Program-made: the position numbers and the translations under genes | DNA from: Lama guanicoe | Lineage: Eukaryota | Assembly (NCBI GenBank): GCA_013239625.1 | Contig: MU053561.1 | Span: 3,969,992-4,033,991 of the forward strand | Direction of reading: 5' to 3' | Length of the DNA stretch: 64,000 bases | Notes under the pieces: generated by a model | What the model was told of the DNA's origin: nothing | What the model saw: only the letters and a program-made list of their open reading frames with translations | Databases searched by the model: none | Shown: piece after piece, positions 13,884-26,695 of the stretch | Position numbering within the stretch: the first letter of the stretch is position 1 | Layout: every line of letters starts with the position of its first letter

Positions 13884-13890
13884 TGAGTCA
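13884..13890 (+). promoter_or_regulatory. AP-1 site TGAGTCA overlapping the exon 1 splice donor
   Basis: Perfect AP-1 consensus about +35 from the TSS. An AP-1 element at the exon IB/intron 1 junction is a known functional element of the rodent Ngf promoter. Confidence 0.85.
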
Positions 13891-15751
13891 GGCTGCCCCA
13901 AGCCGAGCCGGAGAGGGGCGCAGCGCGGGTACGGGCGCGGGCCGGCGTGGCTGGGCTCCCGGGGAGAGTATGCATGGATCTCGGTCTGGCTAGATCTCCG
14001 GGCACCCCCGAGGCTCCCTCGGACTGAAGTGCGGCCGTAAGCGGAGTGTCCCGAGTGGGTGCGGGAGCCTCGGCGGGCAGGCAGTCGTGGGGAGCAGCGC
14101 TCTCTCAGGTCGTGGAGTTCTCGATCTCCAGATGGCCCAAAGTCTGGGAGGCGACTCTGGCGCCTGCTGTCGCCGCACGGCGGTGCCAGGGTGCTCGAGG
14201 GCTAGAAGGGGACAGCGCACAAGTGAGAGAGATCGAACGAGCGTGGCGAGAGGGATGCGCGGGCTGCGAGCGCGCCGCGGCCGCAGGAGTGGTGGTCTGC
14301 ACCGCGGAGGGCGAGTGCGCGGCGCGCGCGGGCTGGACTGTGCGCAGAGTCCTGCGAGTGCTAAGTTGCCCCCAGATAAGGGGACAAGCGGGACAAGGGC
14401 TCTGGACCTGGTGCAGGGAATGGAATAAGGGTCTCCTGGCGCCTCCGCCTGACGCTGGAGGGCTGGGAGTTCCGAGTGAGGGCCCCAGGGGTTGATAGAG
14501 GAAGCCTGCTTGCCAAGCACCTCTACAGAGCCGCGCTGAACCGAGGTCACCAAGGCTCGGCCCTGCGTACTTGGGTCACACGCCTCACCTCCAGCTGTCT
14601 GCTGCCAGGTGTGGGAGAAGCTGACACGGAGAGGTGGGGCCGGGCTGCGCCTTGGGTCCAGGCGGCAAAGACTCAGGGAAGGGAGAGAGGACACACGGGT
14701 CAGGGAGAGGCATCTTCGAGCCATGGTAAACAAACGACTCCACTCTGATTACAACTCTCCCCCTTTTCTTTTCTTTCTTTCTTCTTCTTTTTTTTAAAAT
14801 CTCTGAGATTCTCATGGAAGGTGTTTTCTGCTTGAACTTTCTCTTCTCTAGTGACTTGAGAGATTAAAATAGAGCCTGCTTGCTAGGCTGGTTTTTCCAA
14901 GTTGTTCCAGGTTGGAAGTTGTAACAGTTTGTCGGATAATTTATGGGTGTTTCATGCATTAAAGTGTATTACAGCAAAGCCTTTGGGTGCTATGGGTATT
15001 AAAGAAAACTTAGTGCATGTTCCCAGCTGGAAACCAAAATAGGGCTCTCCTGGGTGCCTCTGCCCCCTCTGTCATCTGAGGCCAATGGAAATCCTGGAGA
15101 AAAGGCACTTGATTAATTGTCCTGGCTCCAGCCACTGGGTGCACGCACTGTCAGTGCCAGCCCCCACCTCCCCCGCCAGTGTGGTTGCATTCTCAAATTC
15201 ACAAATGGCAGTGGAGGGCCCACCAGTAACTTCTTTCCAGGATCTTCAAACTCTTGAAGCTGTCAGTTAAGTCTGCTGGAGGGGACAACCTCTCCCTCTC
15301 AAGGCAGTGGAGAAGGGCCCTGCCCTTCTCGCGCAGTGTTTACAGTTTCCTACCGAGTGTCTGAAACTTTCCCCTTCTGTAGAGCCACTGAAGAAAGGCT
15401 ACATTAGGTCTGGATGGGTCTCTTCTGTAGCAGAAGTCATATGTCAGTGTGGGCAACCCAAATGTCAATCCATTATGGGTGGTATTCCCAGCCCTTCAGA
15501 GGTGACTAGGGACTCAGGTGCGGGGAGTGAGAGTGGTCTAGGGACTGAGATGGAAATGAATGTTCCTCATACGTGGGCGGTTCTCAGGGTTTGGGGTTAA
15601 CATCACATGCTGTCACACTCCTCCCCCATGCTTTCTCCCACATTTTTATGCAGGTGGGAAAAAAGGCAGTCTTGAAGCAAAAACCATTGGGAGGTACCAC
15701 AGTCGGGAAACTAAGGTCTCTGGGGCATAAGGACACACGTTTGTTTTTGAC

Positions 15752-16099
15752 TTTTTTTTTTTTTGAAGTAGAGTTGATTTGCAATGTTGTGTTAGTTTCT
15801 GGTGATTCAGTTATACATATATATTCTTTTTTATGTTCTTCTTCATTATAGGTTATTACAAGATATTGAATGTAGTTCCCTGTGCTATACAGTAGGACTT
15901 TGTTGTTTATCTATTTTATATATAGTAGTTAGTCTCTGCAAATCCTAAACTCCTAAATTATCCCTCCCCATCTTCCCCCTTTGGTAACTAAGAGTTTGTT
16001 TTTTATTTCTGTGAGTCTCTTTCTATTTTGTAGTAAGTTCATTGGTATCACTTTTTTATTCCACATATAAGTGACATCATATGATATTTGTCTTTCTCT
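15752..16099 (-). mobile_element. L1 3'-end fragment (older subfamily)
   Basis: Poly-T followed by gaagtagagttgatttgcaatgttgtgttagtttctgg. The reverse strand encodes the ORF2 terminus EKDKYHMMSLICGI and resembles 30700-31055. Confidence 0.88.
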
Positions 16100-18502
16100 G
16101 GGGGAGATGTGTTTTGATAGGACTGTAGGAGTCCCTCGGAGGATTTTATAGCCAGCTGCTGGTGCCACGCCTTCCCCTGGAGCAGCATCTTACCCCAAAC
16201 CAGCCCAGGCCCACTGGAGAATTGGAAAATTGGGTCCACTCAGGGCAGCCATCCTGGTACTGGTGACTCTGCACCCTTAGCCTCCATCAAGAAGTGAGGT
16301 TCTCACCTTCTCCTACTGCCCACTCCACATCTCCCCTACCCCGAGGGCCAGAGCGAGCAGAGGATGAGGCCTCACACCCTCCTTCTCTTCCATGGAGAAA
16401 TCTGTGCCGTGGCCAGGAAGGGGGCCCCAGCTGCCGACATCAGCAGGGAGGGTAGGGCATGGCAGGGCAGGGCTGGAGCCCGAGGGAAGTTTCTCATCAT
16501 TACTGAGATTAAACAGATGAGAAAATTGCAGAACTTTACTTTCAAATGCGAGCTGAGCACTACTGCTGCACATCCGTGGAGTGCCCTATTGCGGTGACAA
16601 CTGCTCTGGAGTGGCAGAGAAACTGCTCTGTGCTCTCCGCAGGCAGCGGGAGGTGTGCTGAGGAGTCACAGAAAATCTGAGTATCCTGAGCAGACAACAC
16701 ATGTTCCCAGAGGTTCTCTTTCTTGACTGGCACTTCTGGTCTTGCAAACCATCAGCTAAATTCTGAGCTCCCAGGCTTAGCTGATCCTGAGAAATTAACT
16801 CTGTGATGGACCGGTTTCCCCCAACAGCATATGGTGGCTTCTAGCAAATAGATGGACATGAAAGATCCTTCCTCAACCCACTGCCAGGGACCTTGCTTCC
16901 TGACAGTGGGGAAACAGTTAACATCCTAACTCTGAACAGCATTAAAACCGGGATGGCCCTGAGGCAGAAATGCCCCTGGAGAAATGGAGGCTTTGGGGTC
17001 ACTGACCTTTCGGTTGGGTGTGCCCGAGGGCGGAAATGTCACTATTTAGGCCGAAAGGGTAGACCTTGAGCCACAAAATTCATCCAAGACCAGAATAATG
17101 AAAACCTACAATAAAGAAGGGTCTTACGCTGTGTGATTTTTTCATTATTCTTCTATGGGTTACTTTACATGTTTTTCAGGAGTTTCTATAGGTTGTTGAC
17201 CTCAGACTATGACACAGTAGGAATCAGATTGAAATGTTAAGATGATCTCTTGCTATTTCACTCCTGTGTTTTGGGTAAACTTCCTGTAGTAGTTTTCTGA
17301 GTTGTGAGGCTCCTAGGAGGGAAAGTAGCTTTGCGACCTTGAGCGAGTCACTAAACTTCTTAGACTTTATTTTCGCAGTCTATAGAACAAGGGCAGTGGG
17401 TGAACAGTGTTTCTCAGCGGGGCTAGTGGCATTTGGGGATGATTCTTTGTTTACATGACGCAGGAAGTTTAGTATCCCTACCTAGCCCACTGAAATGTCA
17501 GAGGTCACGGTGACAACCAAAGACCTCCTGCCCTCCATATATGGCTAAATGTTTATTAAAAAGGTAATACTGATCTCGATTGAGAACTCCCTTGGAAGTT
17601 ACCGGTAAGGGCCTTTCTTTCAGGCCCTACAGTCGGGTCATCCATGATTTAATCATTGAATTGGGGCTTCAGATGTCCAGCTGTGGGCGTCATTCTTCAG
17701 GAGCCGGCATATCAGGCTCCAGGAAGCCACTGGCAGGATCCTCAGTGCTGTGGTCCGCCAGGCACCGTCCTGTGCTTTTGTCAATGGAGTGTGACTACAA
17801 ATGACCCACAGGGAAAGGAAAGCAGAAAGGGTGGGGGGAAGGGACAGGTGGTATTAGAGCGTGGCAGCTTCCTTCTTGGCCATATGCTGTTAAATACACA
17901 GGCAGACTGCCTGCCCCGGGTGTCCCAGCACTGAGGGGAGATCCCTCTCTCTTTCACTGAATGGATCACACTCTGGCACCAGGAGGGCCTTTCCTTGAAT
18001 GAGAGAACGAGGAAGCAGAACCCTCCCCAGCGCTGGCAGCACTTAATACAGCATGGGCACATGTTGACATCAAATTAATACAACTGTGCCCAAGCTGTGA
18101 GAATAAATGGAAATCAACGATGTGACATTTGACTGAAATCAGGCTAGGAATGCTACGCTGGAGGGATGGCGCTTGTAGCCCTGGGTTTATTCTCAAGGAG
18201 AACAGCACGTACATCCTTGCCTCTGCCCCAAGGTCTCACTGGAGGACGGAAAATAGGACCATTTGGATATTCATAGTGCAAAGAGCTAAAATGAATAATA
18301 TCTTTGGCAAATATTATTGCCTGCTACTCACTCTCAAGTGGAAGAGAGAAAACTACTGGACAGTAGGACTGGCAGAGTTGGAGGTGATTCCTAATGAGGC
18401 CAAAAAAAAACAAAAAAGGAAATAAGAGACTTAAAGAGATCCCCGGAGGAGGTTGAGACTGGTCTGGTGATGCAGTCTGTCAGGTGGGACTAGCAACAAT
18501 GC

Positions 18503-18600
18503 TTTTTTTTTTAAAGTTGAAGTATAATCAGTTTACAATGCTGTGTCCATTTCTGGTGTACAGCATAATGTTTCAGTCGTACGTATACCTACATATGTTC
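18503..18600 (-). mobile_element. Short L1 3'-end fragment with diverged TSD
   Basis: Poly-T then ttgaagtataatcagtttacaatgctgtg; flanked by caacaatgct (18494-18503) and caacagtgct (18601-18610). Confidence 0.8.
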
Positions 18601-21600
18601 CAACAGTGCTGTTTGAATTGCCCAAGTGTGGCCAACCTCTTCCACATGCAGAAAGTCTTTTTATTAGCAGTAGTATTAGTCAGTCAGAGAGGGTTTCCCT
18701 GAAAATTCCCCACTGGGGTAAGCAGATGGAGATGTTTGGCATCGCCTGTGGTGGCTGCTGTAGATGGAGAGTTCTGCAAGGGGAACGGTCTGGCTCTGAA
18801 GTCGGTGGGAATGAATGGTCCAAGCTTCCCACAGAAGCTGTCCCACATCGAGGGCAGTTAGAATCCACTACTACTGGAACTGTCTCCCAATAACCACAAA
18901 GTATTTGCTGTTTGGTACAAATGGGCTGATTTTCCCATTTCCTTTGGCTGTTCCTTCGGTAGCCAGGGTTGGTGGAATGTGTTGTCTGTCTGCATGCTGC
19001 ACGCTATTCCAAGTTTGCCCAGGAAGGGCCATCTGCTGGAAACCATAAGAGCTCAGCCCCGGCTGGCAGGGAGGTCCTGCCTCTGCCCCCCCATCATTGT
19101 GGCTCTGAGATGTGGTTGAAGTTACTTGGGTTTCTCACTGGTCCAGTCTGGTGAAAATGCCATCCCGTGTTTGGACATGAGAGACCTGGCTCAGATGTTA
19201 ACACACTGGGGTACCACTTTGCCCTTGTCAATAACCATGTATTGACCCCCACGTTGTACAGGAGATGCCAGGAGAGGCAGGCTCCCTTCAGATTGTGACT
19301 TCTAAGGAAGGCAATCATGCTGGGTTCTCATCGCCTGAAGGATGCTAGACTGGGTAAGCAGGGAGGAAGGTGACGAGCACCAGTAGCGCAGAGATGCAGA
19401 GATGCAGGAGGGCGTCTCTTGGACCCGGTGCTCCTCTTCTGTGACACAGAGCTACCTGCTCTGTCAGGCTGTAGTGCACATTAAGTGGGATGATGTTGGT
19501 GGCAGGTCACAGGCCTGGCACACAGTAGGTACTCAACCAACACCAGTCCCCTTCCATCATGTTCTCACGCTCTCCCTTGGTGGCAGAGATCTGAGGGAGT
19601 CCTCCCTTCACACTTTACACTTCAGTTGGACAACAGCATCTTTGCAATTTTTATGCCTCTGTATGTGTAAAGCTTTGCTGCACTGGGAGAAGAAATCTTT
19701 CTGGTAGCCTTGAAGCTTCTCTAGGAATTTATTTGCCTATATTTTGACCTTCTGTAATCAAGATTCTCATTTGTATAGAATTTTAAACAAATATTTCATC
19801 CTCAGAGTTATCCTGGCCTCATAATATCCAAGTAAAAAAAAGCTTGTGGATATTCTTCTGTAATTTTCTTTCAGGAGCCAACTTCTCCTCAGACTTGTAT
19901 TTCAGAAATGTTATGTAATGCTCTCTAAATAAGGCATTTCTTGAGAATGGCCATTTGTACTGGCAGCTTTAAGAGTGTTTTGGTTCCTTACCCCACATAA
20001 CAGCTCCTCCTCCTCCAACAACTTGTTTCCTTAGGATTTTATGTATCTTATCAAGTTCACAGAGAGGGAAGAGGAGGAAGTGAATTTTTCTAGGGCAGCC
20101 AGGCACTTGTGCGCTCCCACCCCAAGGGTCAGTGGCTGAGCAGCTGTTACTGAATTGCATATAACCTGTGGTTAAAGAGGGAACAGTCCCCTCCCCTCTG
20201 GAGACGCAGACCCACCGCATAGCAGGCCACTGGATTGATTTTCCTTCACCCATTTAGCACCTTGATTCATATGCTAACCAGGGGCCTGGGCCCTGTAAAG
20301 AGTCATAATAAATAAAAATCTTGATCCTGCCCTAGGAGCTTGCTCTAGAGTCAAAATGTAAATGGCTTCCAGAGGCTCATCAGATAATGTAAATGAGGTA
20401 AGCCGTGAGTTGGTGGGGACTGCAGGAACTAGAGAGTGTTTGCCCCAGCAGAAGGGGACAGGCAGTCTGTTGCTTTGCAAGTTTGTAGGTCCAGTGTGGC
20501 CAGATCATCCAACTTTTCCAAAAGAGTCAACATTTGAGTTTGAATGTATAGTTTCTTCACTTCTCAAAACATCCTGGCAGACCAAACAAAACCTGCCTGT
20601 AGGTTCTTTTGTCTTCTAGATTAACACACTTGGAGCAGTTGAGAGCAGTGTCAAAACGGGGACCAGCTGAAGAAGTGCTAGCTGCGTGGCTCTCAGAGAG
20701 GGCTGGATGGGCAGTGCCCTCTTGGGAGGGTTCCTGGGGGAGGGGATGTCCTGCGGGCAGGTAGGATTTTATAAAAGCAGCCCTGCCACAAAACAGAACT
20801 AGCTTCAGATCCAAGCTCTGCCTCTTGCTGGCTCTACAATCACATTCCTTAATCCTTCTAAGCCTCAGTTTGCTCATCTGTGAAAGGGACTCATAATGCT
20901 GACCTGGGAGGGCAGCTGTGAGGGTGAGAGGAGGGAGGGCTGGAAGTCTGGAATGTAGCGGGTGCCCGGTGAGCCTGAGTCCTGTTCCTAACGCTGGGCT
21001 GGGCGGGTGCGGCTTGGCCAGCCCGGAGGGCGTTAAGGGCCAGAGGCATGAAGGAGGCCCCTCACTGAGCTTCGTGAACAGTTTCTTTCCAAGGACTTGG
21101 GCCTCAGTTGCCACTTTTCTTCTCTCCTACCCTCTTCCTGCTTCTCCCTAAGCCCTGAGACAGTGTGCCCACTTGCTCTCTGTCAGCCTCCCACCCTTGA
21201 AAAGCCTGACCTGGGCCACAGCAGAAAAACACAACTGTCCTCGGTAAGAAGGAAAAGTACTCCGGGAGGCTGTATAGACACGCACGGCAAATATTCAAGG
21301 AATTCTTAGGAATAAAAAAAAATACGTAAATCTGGAGTTTTGCACGAGGCCATCACAGGAACATGTTTTCTCAATTAACATACATATTGCTTGGAGTGAA
21401 GTCACCGAGTCCACGGCTCATCGGGGCTGGCTTGTGCCGAAGCCACCTGATGGGGACCTCACTTTCCATGGTCTAAATCTGATTCAGCCAACCCTGTCCC
21501 TGCCCCTAGCTGCCGAAACAAAATCACCCCCCAAATCCTAAGCCACGGTGGAGACACGTGCACTCCCCTGAAAAGGAGTCTCATTTCAGATCCTGGGGGG

Positions 21601-22344
21601 CCTCACCAAAAACTGAGAAAGACAACACTGCTCTTGATGGTGGAGTGACAGTCACAGTCCCCACAGCGCCTTGCATTTTCCTTTTCCTTGGGCATTTGAC
21701 TGTACATCATCCCGTCAGGCCAGATGAGTCCTTTAGGTTCTGAAAGCAGAGAAAATAGTTTCTTTTGCAAAAGCCTGTATCAACTGCCTGAAATGTTACT
21801 AGTCGGTGCCTGAGATCAGCGATTATGTTTCCTGGATGTTTTCCTGGACTGATTCTTTTCCAACCAAACAGCTTTGTCAGATATTTGTAATTTCTGAAAT
21901 ATTTCATTAATGATGTCCCCGTACCAGAGGGATGGTCCCGGGCGCCTAATTAGCAGCATGCCTCAGAAGCAGAGATGCTGCCCAGCATCCAACAAGATCA
22001 AGCAGGAAGTTGAAAAACACTTCCAATCTACTGCCCTGGAGTGGAGGAAAGGAAAATGGTTTTCAATCTACAGGTTGAGACCCATTAATGGGATGTGAAA
22101 TCAGTTTAGTGGTACAGCTCTCTCTCTCTAATGAAAGTGGCATCACATTTTTAAAACATCAGTATGCATTGCATGTAGCAAAGGAAAGTATTCTTGAAAC
22201 TTTTAATTGTATATATGTTTCCACATATATGTGCGCAAACTGGATCATGATGGAAAATGTATTTTTTCACTATGAGTCATGGTTAAAAAAGTTTAAAAGC
22301 TACTGGTACAGACGACAGCATGGTTTCGAAAAGGGCATAGCCCT

Positions 22345-22550
22345 GAGGCCAGACAAACTTGGGGGTTAAATCCCAGCTCTGTGATTCCTAGTTGTGTGAT
22401 CTTGGGTAACTTAAGTTCTCTGAGCATCAGCGTCCTCATCTGTAAGGTCAGAATAATTGCTTCCTCATAGGGCTGTTGTGTAGATGAAGCGACAAAGATG
22501 TCTACAGTGTCTGTCAGTACGGGGCCTGCCACCAGGCAGGCCTCAGTAAG
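22345..22550 (+). mobile_element. MIR SINE
   Basis: aatcccagctctg...tgtgtgatcttgggtaac...ctctgagcatcag...cctcatctgtaa...cctcatagggctgttgtg. Confidence 0.7.
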
Positions 22551-25339
22551 CAAAAGCCTCTGTCATCATCTGTCTTCTCCTTCCCCCTCCCCGACCCCCA
22601 CCTCCTCCTCCTCCCTCTTTGTCTTCTTCTTTCGGCCTAATCAGCCTCAGAACTATGACTTCCCTAGATGTTTTTTGTGGGGTTTTTTTTTTAATTGGAG
22701 TACCAGAAATGGACACATTGTAATTCCATAGATGTTTTTATTCCTAGACATGATCATGACACTAATAGTCCAAGGGGCCCAAGACATCCTCCTCCCAGTT
22801 ACTGGGAACCATTGGAGGGGTATCACGGCCTCTCCTGGCCTTGTGACCCGGACAAATGCTTTGGTCCTCATGTGGTGGTACAGTGACTCTGGAAGGAGCT
22901 TCTGTTCCCACAAATCACATCTTTCCTTCTCAGTATATTTTTATAAGGACAACAGGGCTAAGATACCATTAAAATGTTGACATTGTCAAATTCTTAAGAG
23001 GTTCCTGCCCAGAGCCGAGAGCCTAACATTTTCTTGTGAGGGAGACTCCAGGCCAACCGAGTGCAGAGGATTTAAGTTTCTCCTCTGGTATAAACAGCTT
23101 GAAGGCTCCTAGTGCGGGCGCTGGAGCTGACACCTTCGGGTAAACCCAACCCTAACCCTGGCTCCAGCCCTCAACCTGGCCCACAATCTGTCAGCAACCC
23201 CAGCCCTCCCCTTGCCCATGGAGGGCACATGAAAGCATGACCCACACTAAGGTTCCGCTTTGGGGCCGCAAAGGTGACATGTCCCAATTTTCTTGAGAGC
23301 CTGGCTAATGCGGCCCCCGAGGACAGACTGGCAGTGACAAACGGCTGCCTTTTTGTTCAGGCGGAAGCTTCCCTCTCCCCCTCCTCAGTTTTGGGCTCCC
23401 CGGGGGCTCATTCCAACCCTCTCCTGGTGAAATTCCTCCCCTGGGGCCCCATTTTCACCACTCAGACTCAGAGAGGATTATTAGTGACATCTCCTCAAAT
23501 GCTGAATTCCTGGCCAGACTAAAGATTTAATGCTCCTTTCTAGGCAGTGAAGACATCTCTATTTGAGGTGGCAGGGTGCTGGGGCCTAAGGGGAGAACGT
23601 TCTGGGATCATTTTCAGCTCTGTAAGAGTCTCCTTCTGGCCTCTCCACCACTCATTCCACTATTCCCTGTAAAATTAACATCACCACGCCGGTTGCACAT
23701 TCTGAATAACATTTATCACAGAGGAGAGAGATTTTTCACATCCTACCCAGCCCCTTGCTCCTTAAGCAGGTGGGTTATATTGAACCAAGCACCGGGAGCT
23801 TGACAGGACCGTAAGCAAAGCCGCCAAGAGCTGTTTAACTCCATCGCTGTTGCACTTGGGTTTTTTTGGTTTGGTTTTGTTCGGTTTTTAGGAAAAAGCA
23901 AAGGCTGACTTACTTTTTCTGTGCCCAAAAGGAAAAAAAAAAAAAGTATATTTCCACCCTTTCTGCAACTTGCAATGACAAATGGAATCAATTGTCCCAG
24001 CACATGACACACCACCAAGAATGTTTCTCATACATGCAACGAATTACCTTTCTTTTCATCTGGGTTCAAGGGTATTGTGTCTGTCCTTTCCCGGAGAAAG
24101 TGTGAACCCTTAAAAATATTTTCATTTTCTCTTTGGAGGAGGTCAGACACCCCAGCCCGACTCCAGATTTCATGCCCATGTGTCAGCATCTCTGTATCTT
24201 GGAAATGAAAGAAAATATTTTGGGAGTGGAGCTTTTAAGTATTGTTTTGAATTTTTCTAAAAAGGAGTGGGACCTGTCAGAAAGTGGAGGGCTTCGGAAA
24301 GCAACAAATATGTTTCAAAGGTTATTTTTAAAGCGTATTTATGATTAAACCAAAAGAAGTAATTTTAAGTTGGCACAGTACACAGACTGTCCACCTTCTA
24401 GCCATTTCAACTTCTTAAATGATCATGGCCCTATTACAGAATTCTGACTGGCAATACTTGTGCTTGGGAAAATTCCACAAACCTGTCTGAAGCTGATTTC
24501 TTTTATGGGTTGGGAAAGTTGTTACGTAAGAAAGAAAAATGGTTAAGTTAGATATAGATTTTTTCTTTCAGCTGAATAATACTGAGAGTTAGGAGACTGG
24601 AGACTTATTTCCAACTTGGTTTCTTCCTAGCTGTGTAACTTGGGCATACCACAGAACCTCTCTGAGCCTCTGTTTCTTAATCTGTAAAATGAGAGTATTA
24701 AAATTGCCCTTGCACACTGGATAGGGCTCTTGCTCGAATATGGTTGCCAGCTGGGGAAACACCTTGGCTGTGGGTGTAAGAGGCAACATGCGAGAGCCCT
24801 GGACAAAGAGTGTGAGACTCCAGGCACCAGTGCTGGCTCTGCCTTTAGTTGGGTGAGGGACCGCGATAGTCACTTGCCCCACGTGAGCAACCTCAGCTCC
24901 TGCTTGCCCATTTCAAATGCAGTAGCAGATGCGAAAGCACTTCACATGAGCCCGGGCAGAAACGAGCTGTTCCTGCCGCGGTGGGAATGGAGGCCTGTGC
25001 CAGGCATTGAGCAGGCCCCTGCAAGGCAGAGGCCAAGGGCATCCTGAAAAAGCGTGAACGTGGAATCAGACTCTCCAGGCCCAGGAGTGGGGCTGAAGAC
25101 ACGTGATCGAGGGCGAGTTACTGCAGCTCTCTGCTTTCCAGTGTCCTCAGCTGTAAAATGGGACTACTAGCACTTACTTCTCAGTGTAAAGATTAAACAA
25201 GATGACTCCTGCTAGGCATTTGTTGTCCAAAACCTGGTTTTGTAGTGGTCTTGGTGCTGATCACAAATGAGTGCCCAAGGGTGACCTGGCTGAGGACAGT
25301 CCAAGGCAGATGCAGTTTCAGGGCCAGGATGCCTCAGGG

Positions 25340-26695
25340 ACATGTCCCCTCTCCCTCACTGGTCCTCTTTTGCTGGCCTTCCCTTCTCCTGATCTCTGAA
25401 TATTGGGGCACCCTGGCATTCCATCCAGGATCCTTTCTTTTCTGTGTCCCTCTCTTCTGAGATGATCGCATCCTCTCCAGGCATTAAATATGATCTACAA
25501 TTCCTGGATGCCTATTTCCAATCTGGACCTCTCCCCGAGCTCCAGGCTCTTACGTTCTACTGTCATGTCCACTCAGAGATCCAATGGACATGTCCAAGGG
25601 AGGACTTTTGACCCCTGAACTACTCTTCTCCAAGCCTTACTTTGGTCTTCCCAATTTTAGATAATGACATCATTATTCCCAAAGTTGCTCAGATCCCAGA
25701 TCTAGAAAGCATCCCTGATTCTACCTTCCTCATCATCTTTTATATCCAGTCCATCAGCAAGTCTTGTTGGTTTCAAAAGAAATTCTGAATCCAGTCACTT
25801 CTCACCATCCCACGACTGCCTCTTAGTCCAAAGCCCTATCACTTCTCAACCAGACGACCAAAGATCCCCTGCCTCCATTCTTGTTCCCCTGCAGGCTTTT
25901 AACCCAGCAGCCGTCAGAGTGCCCTTTTAAAAATGTCAATCATGTCACATTCTTTCCCAGCTCTCAACCCCCCAATGGCTTTCCATCACATGTAGAATAA
26001 AATCCATACTCTTGCCATGGCCTTATTTCAGTGGTTCTTAACCCAATGAACACTGGCAACATCACAAATGGCAAATGGGATTTTTGATCGTCACAAGTGG
26101 AGGGAGTAGGGAGTGATGCCAGCATCTAGTTGGTAGAGTTCAGGGATGCAGCTAAACATCCTACAATGCACAGGACAGCCCCCACAACACAGGATTATCT
26201 GGCTCAAAATGTCAGTGGGGTCAAGGTGGAGAATTGCTTTACATGGTCTGGCCTCCAGCAGCCTGTATCACTCCTCCACTTGCCTGTATGTGGAGGCCTC
26301 ACTGACCTTCTTGCCATGTCTTCAACACACCACTCCTGCTACTATCTTAGGCCTTTGCACTTGCTATTTCCCCTTCTGGGACACTTCTACCCACAGATCG
26401 TCTTCATATTGTTAGCTTTTGTTCATTATTTAGTTCTGCTCAGAGGTCACCTCTTGAGCACCCTAATTTAATATAGCTCTTCCCACTCCATCAAACCCTG
26501 CCACCAGTAGACTCTGTTCCCTTACCTGACCTTATTTATCTCACAGTACTTAGTTCTATTATTTGTTTTCTTTTTTATTATCCTTCTTCTCCAAGGAAAT
26601 ATAAGACTAGGGACAGGGACTTAGATGTGTTCATCAGGTGCTTCCTCACGTAGTAGGAGCTCAAGAAGTATTTGTTGAATGAGTGAATGGTTGAT
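25340..26695. mobile_element. LINE-2 3' region, interrupted by MER20
   Basis: Typical L2 motifs (ccagtccatcagcaagtcttgttg, aatggctttcca, gcctttgcacttgct) and an L2 tail tatttgttgaatgagtgaatg. Confidence 0.7.
26029..26238 (-). mobile_element. MER20 (hAT-Charlie) DNA transposon nested in L2
   Basis: cagtggttcttaacc end; gggatgcagctaaacatcctacaatgcacaggacagccccc...aaaatgtcagt is the MER20 core. Confidence 0.8.

Larger units (their letters stand above)
13270..14720. promoter_or_regulatory. CpG island / NGF promoter and 5' part of intron 1
   Basis: Visibly high GC content and CpG density (e.g. gcgcggcgcgcgcggg near 14320) against CpG-poor flanks; surrounds exon 1; contains a GC box (GGGCGG) near 13465. 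Confidence 0.9.

Noticed and set aside
13990..14733. 247-aa minus-strand ORF and overlapping 113-149 aa ORFs
   Set aside because: They lie in the GC-rich CpG island where stops are rare; the Arg/Pro/Ala-rich low-complexity translations resemble no protein I recognise.
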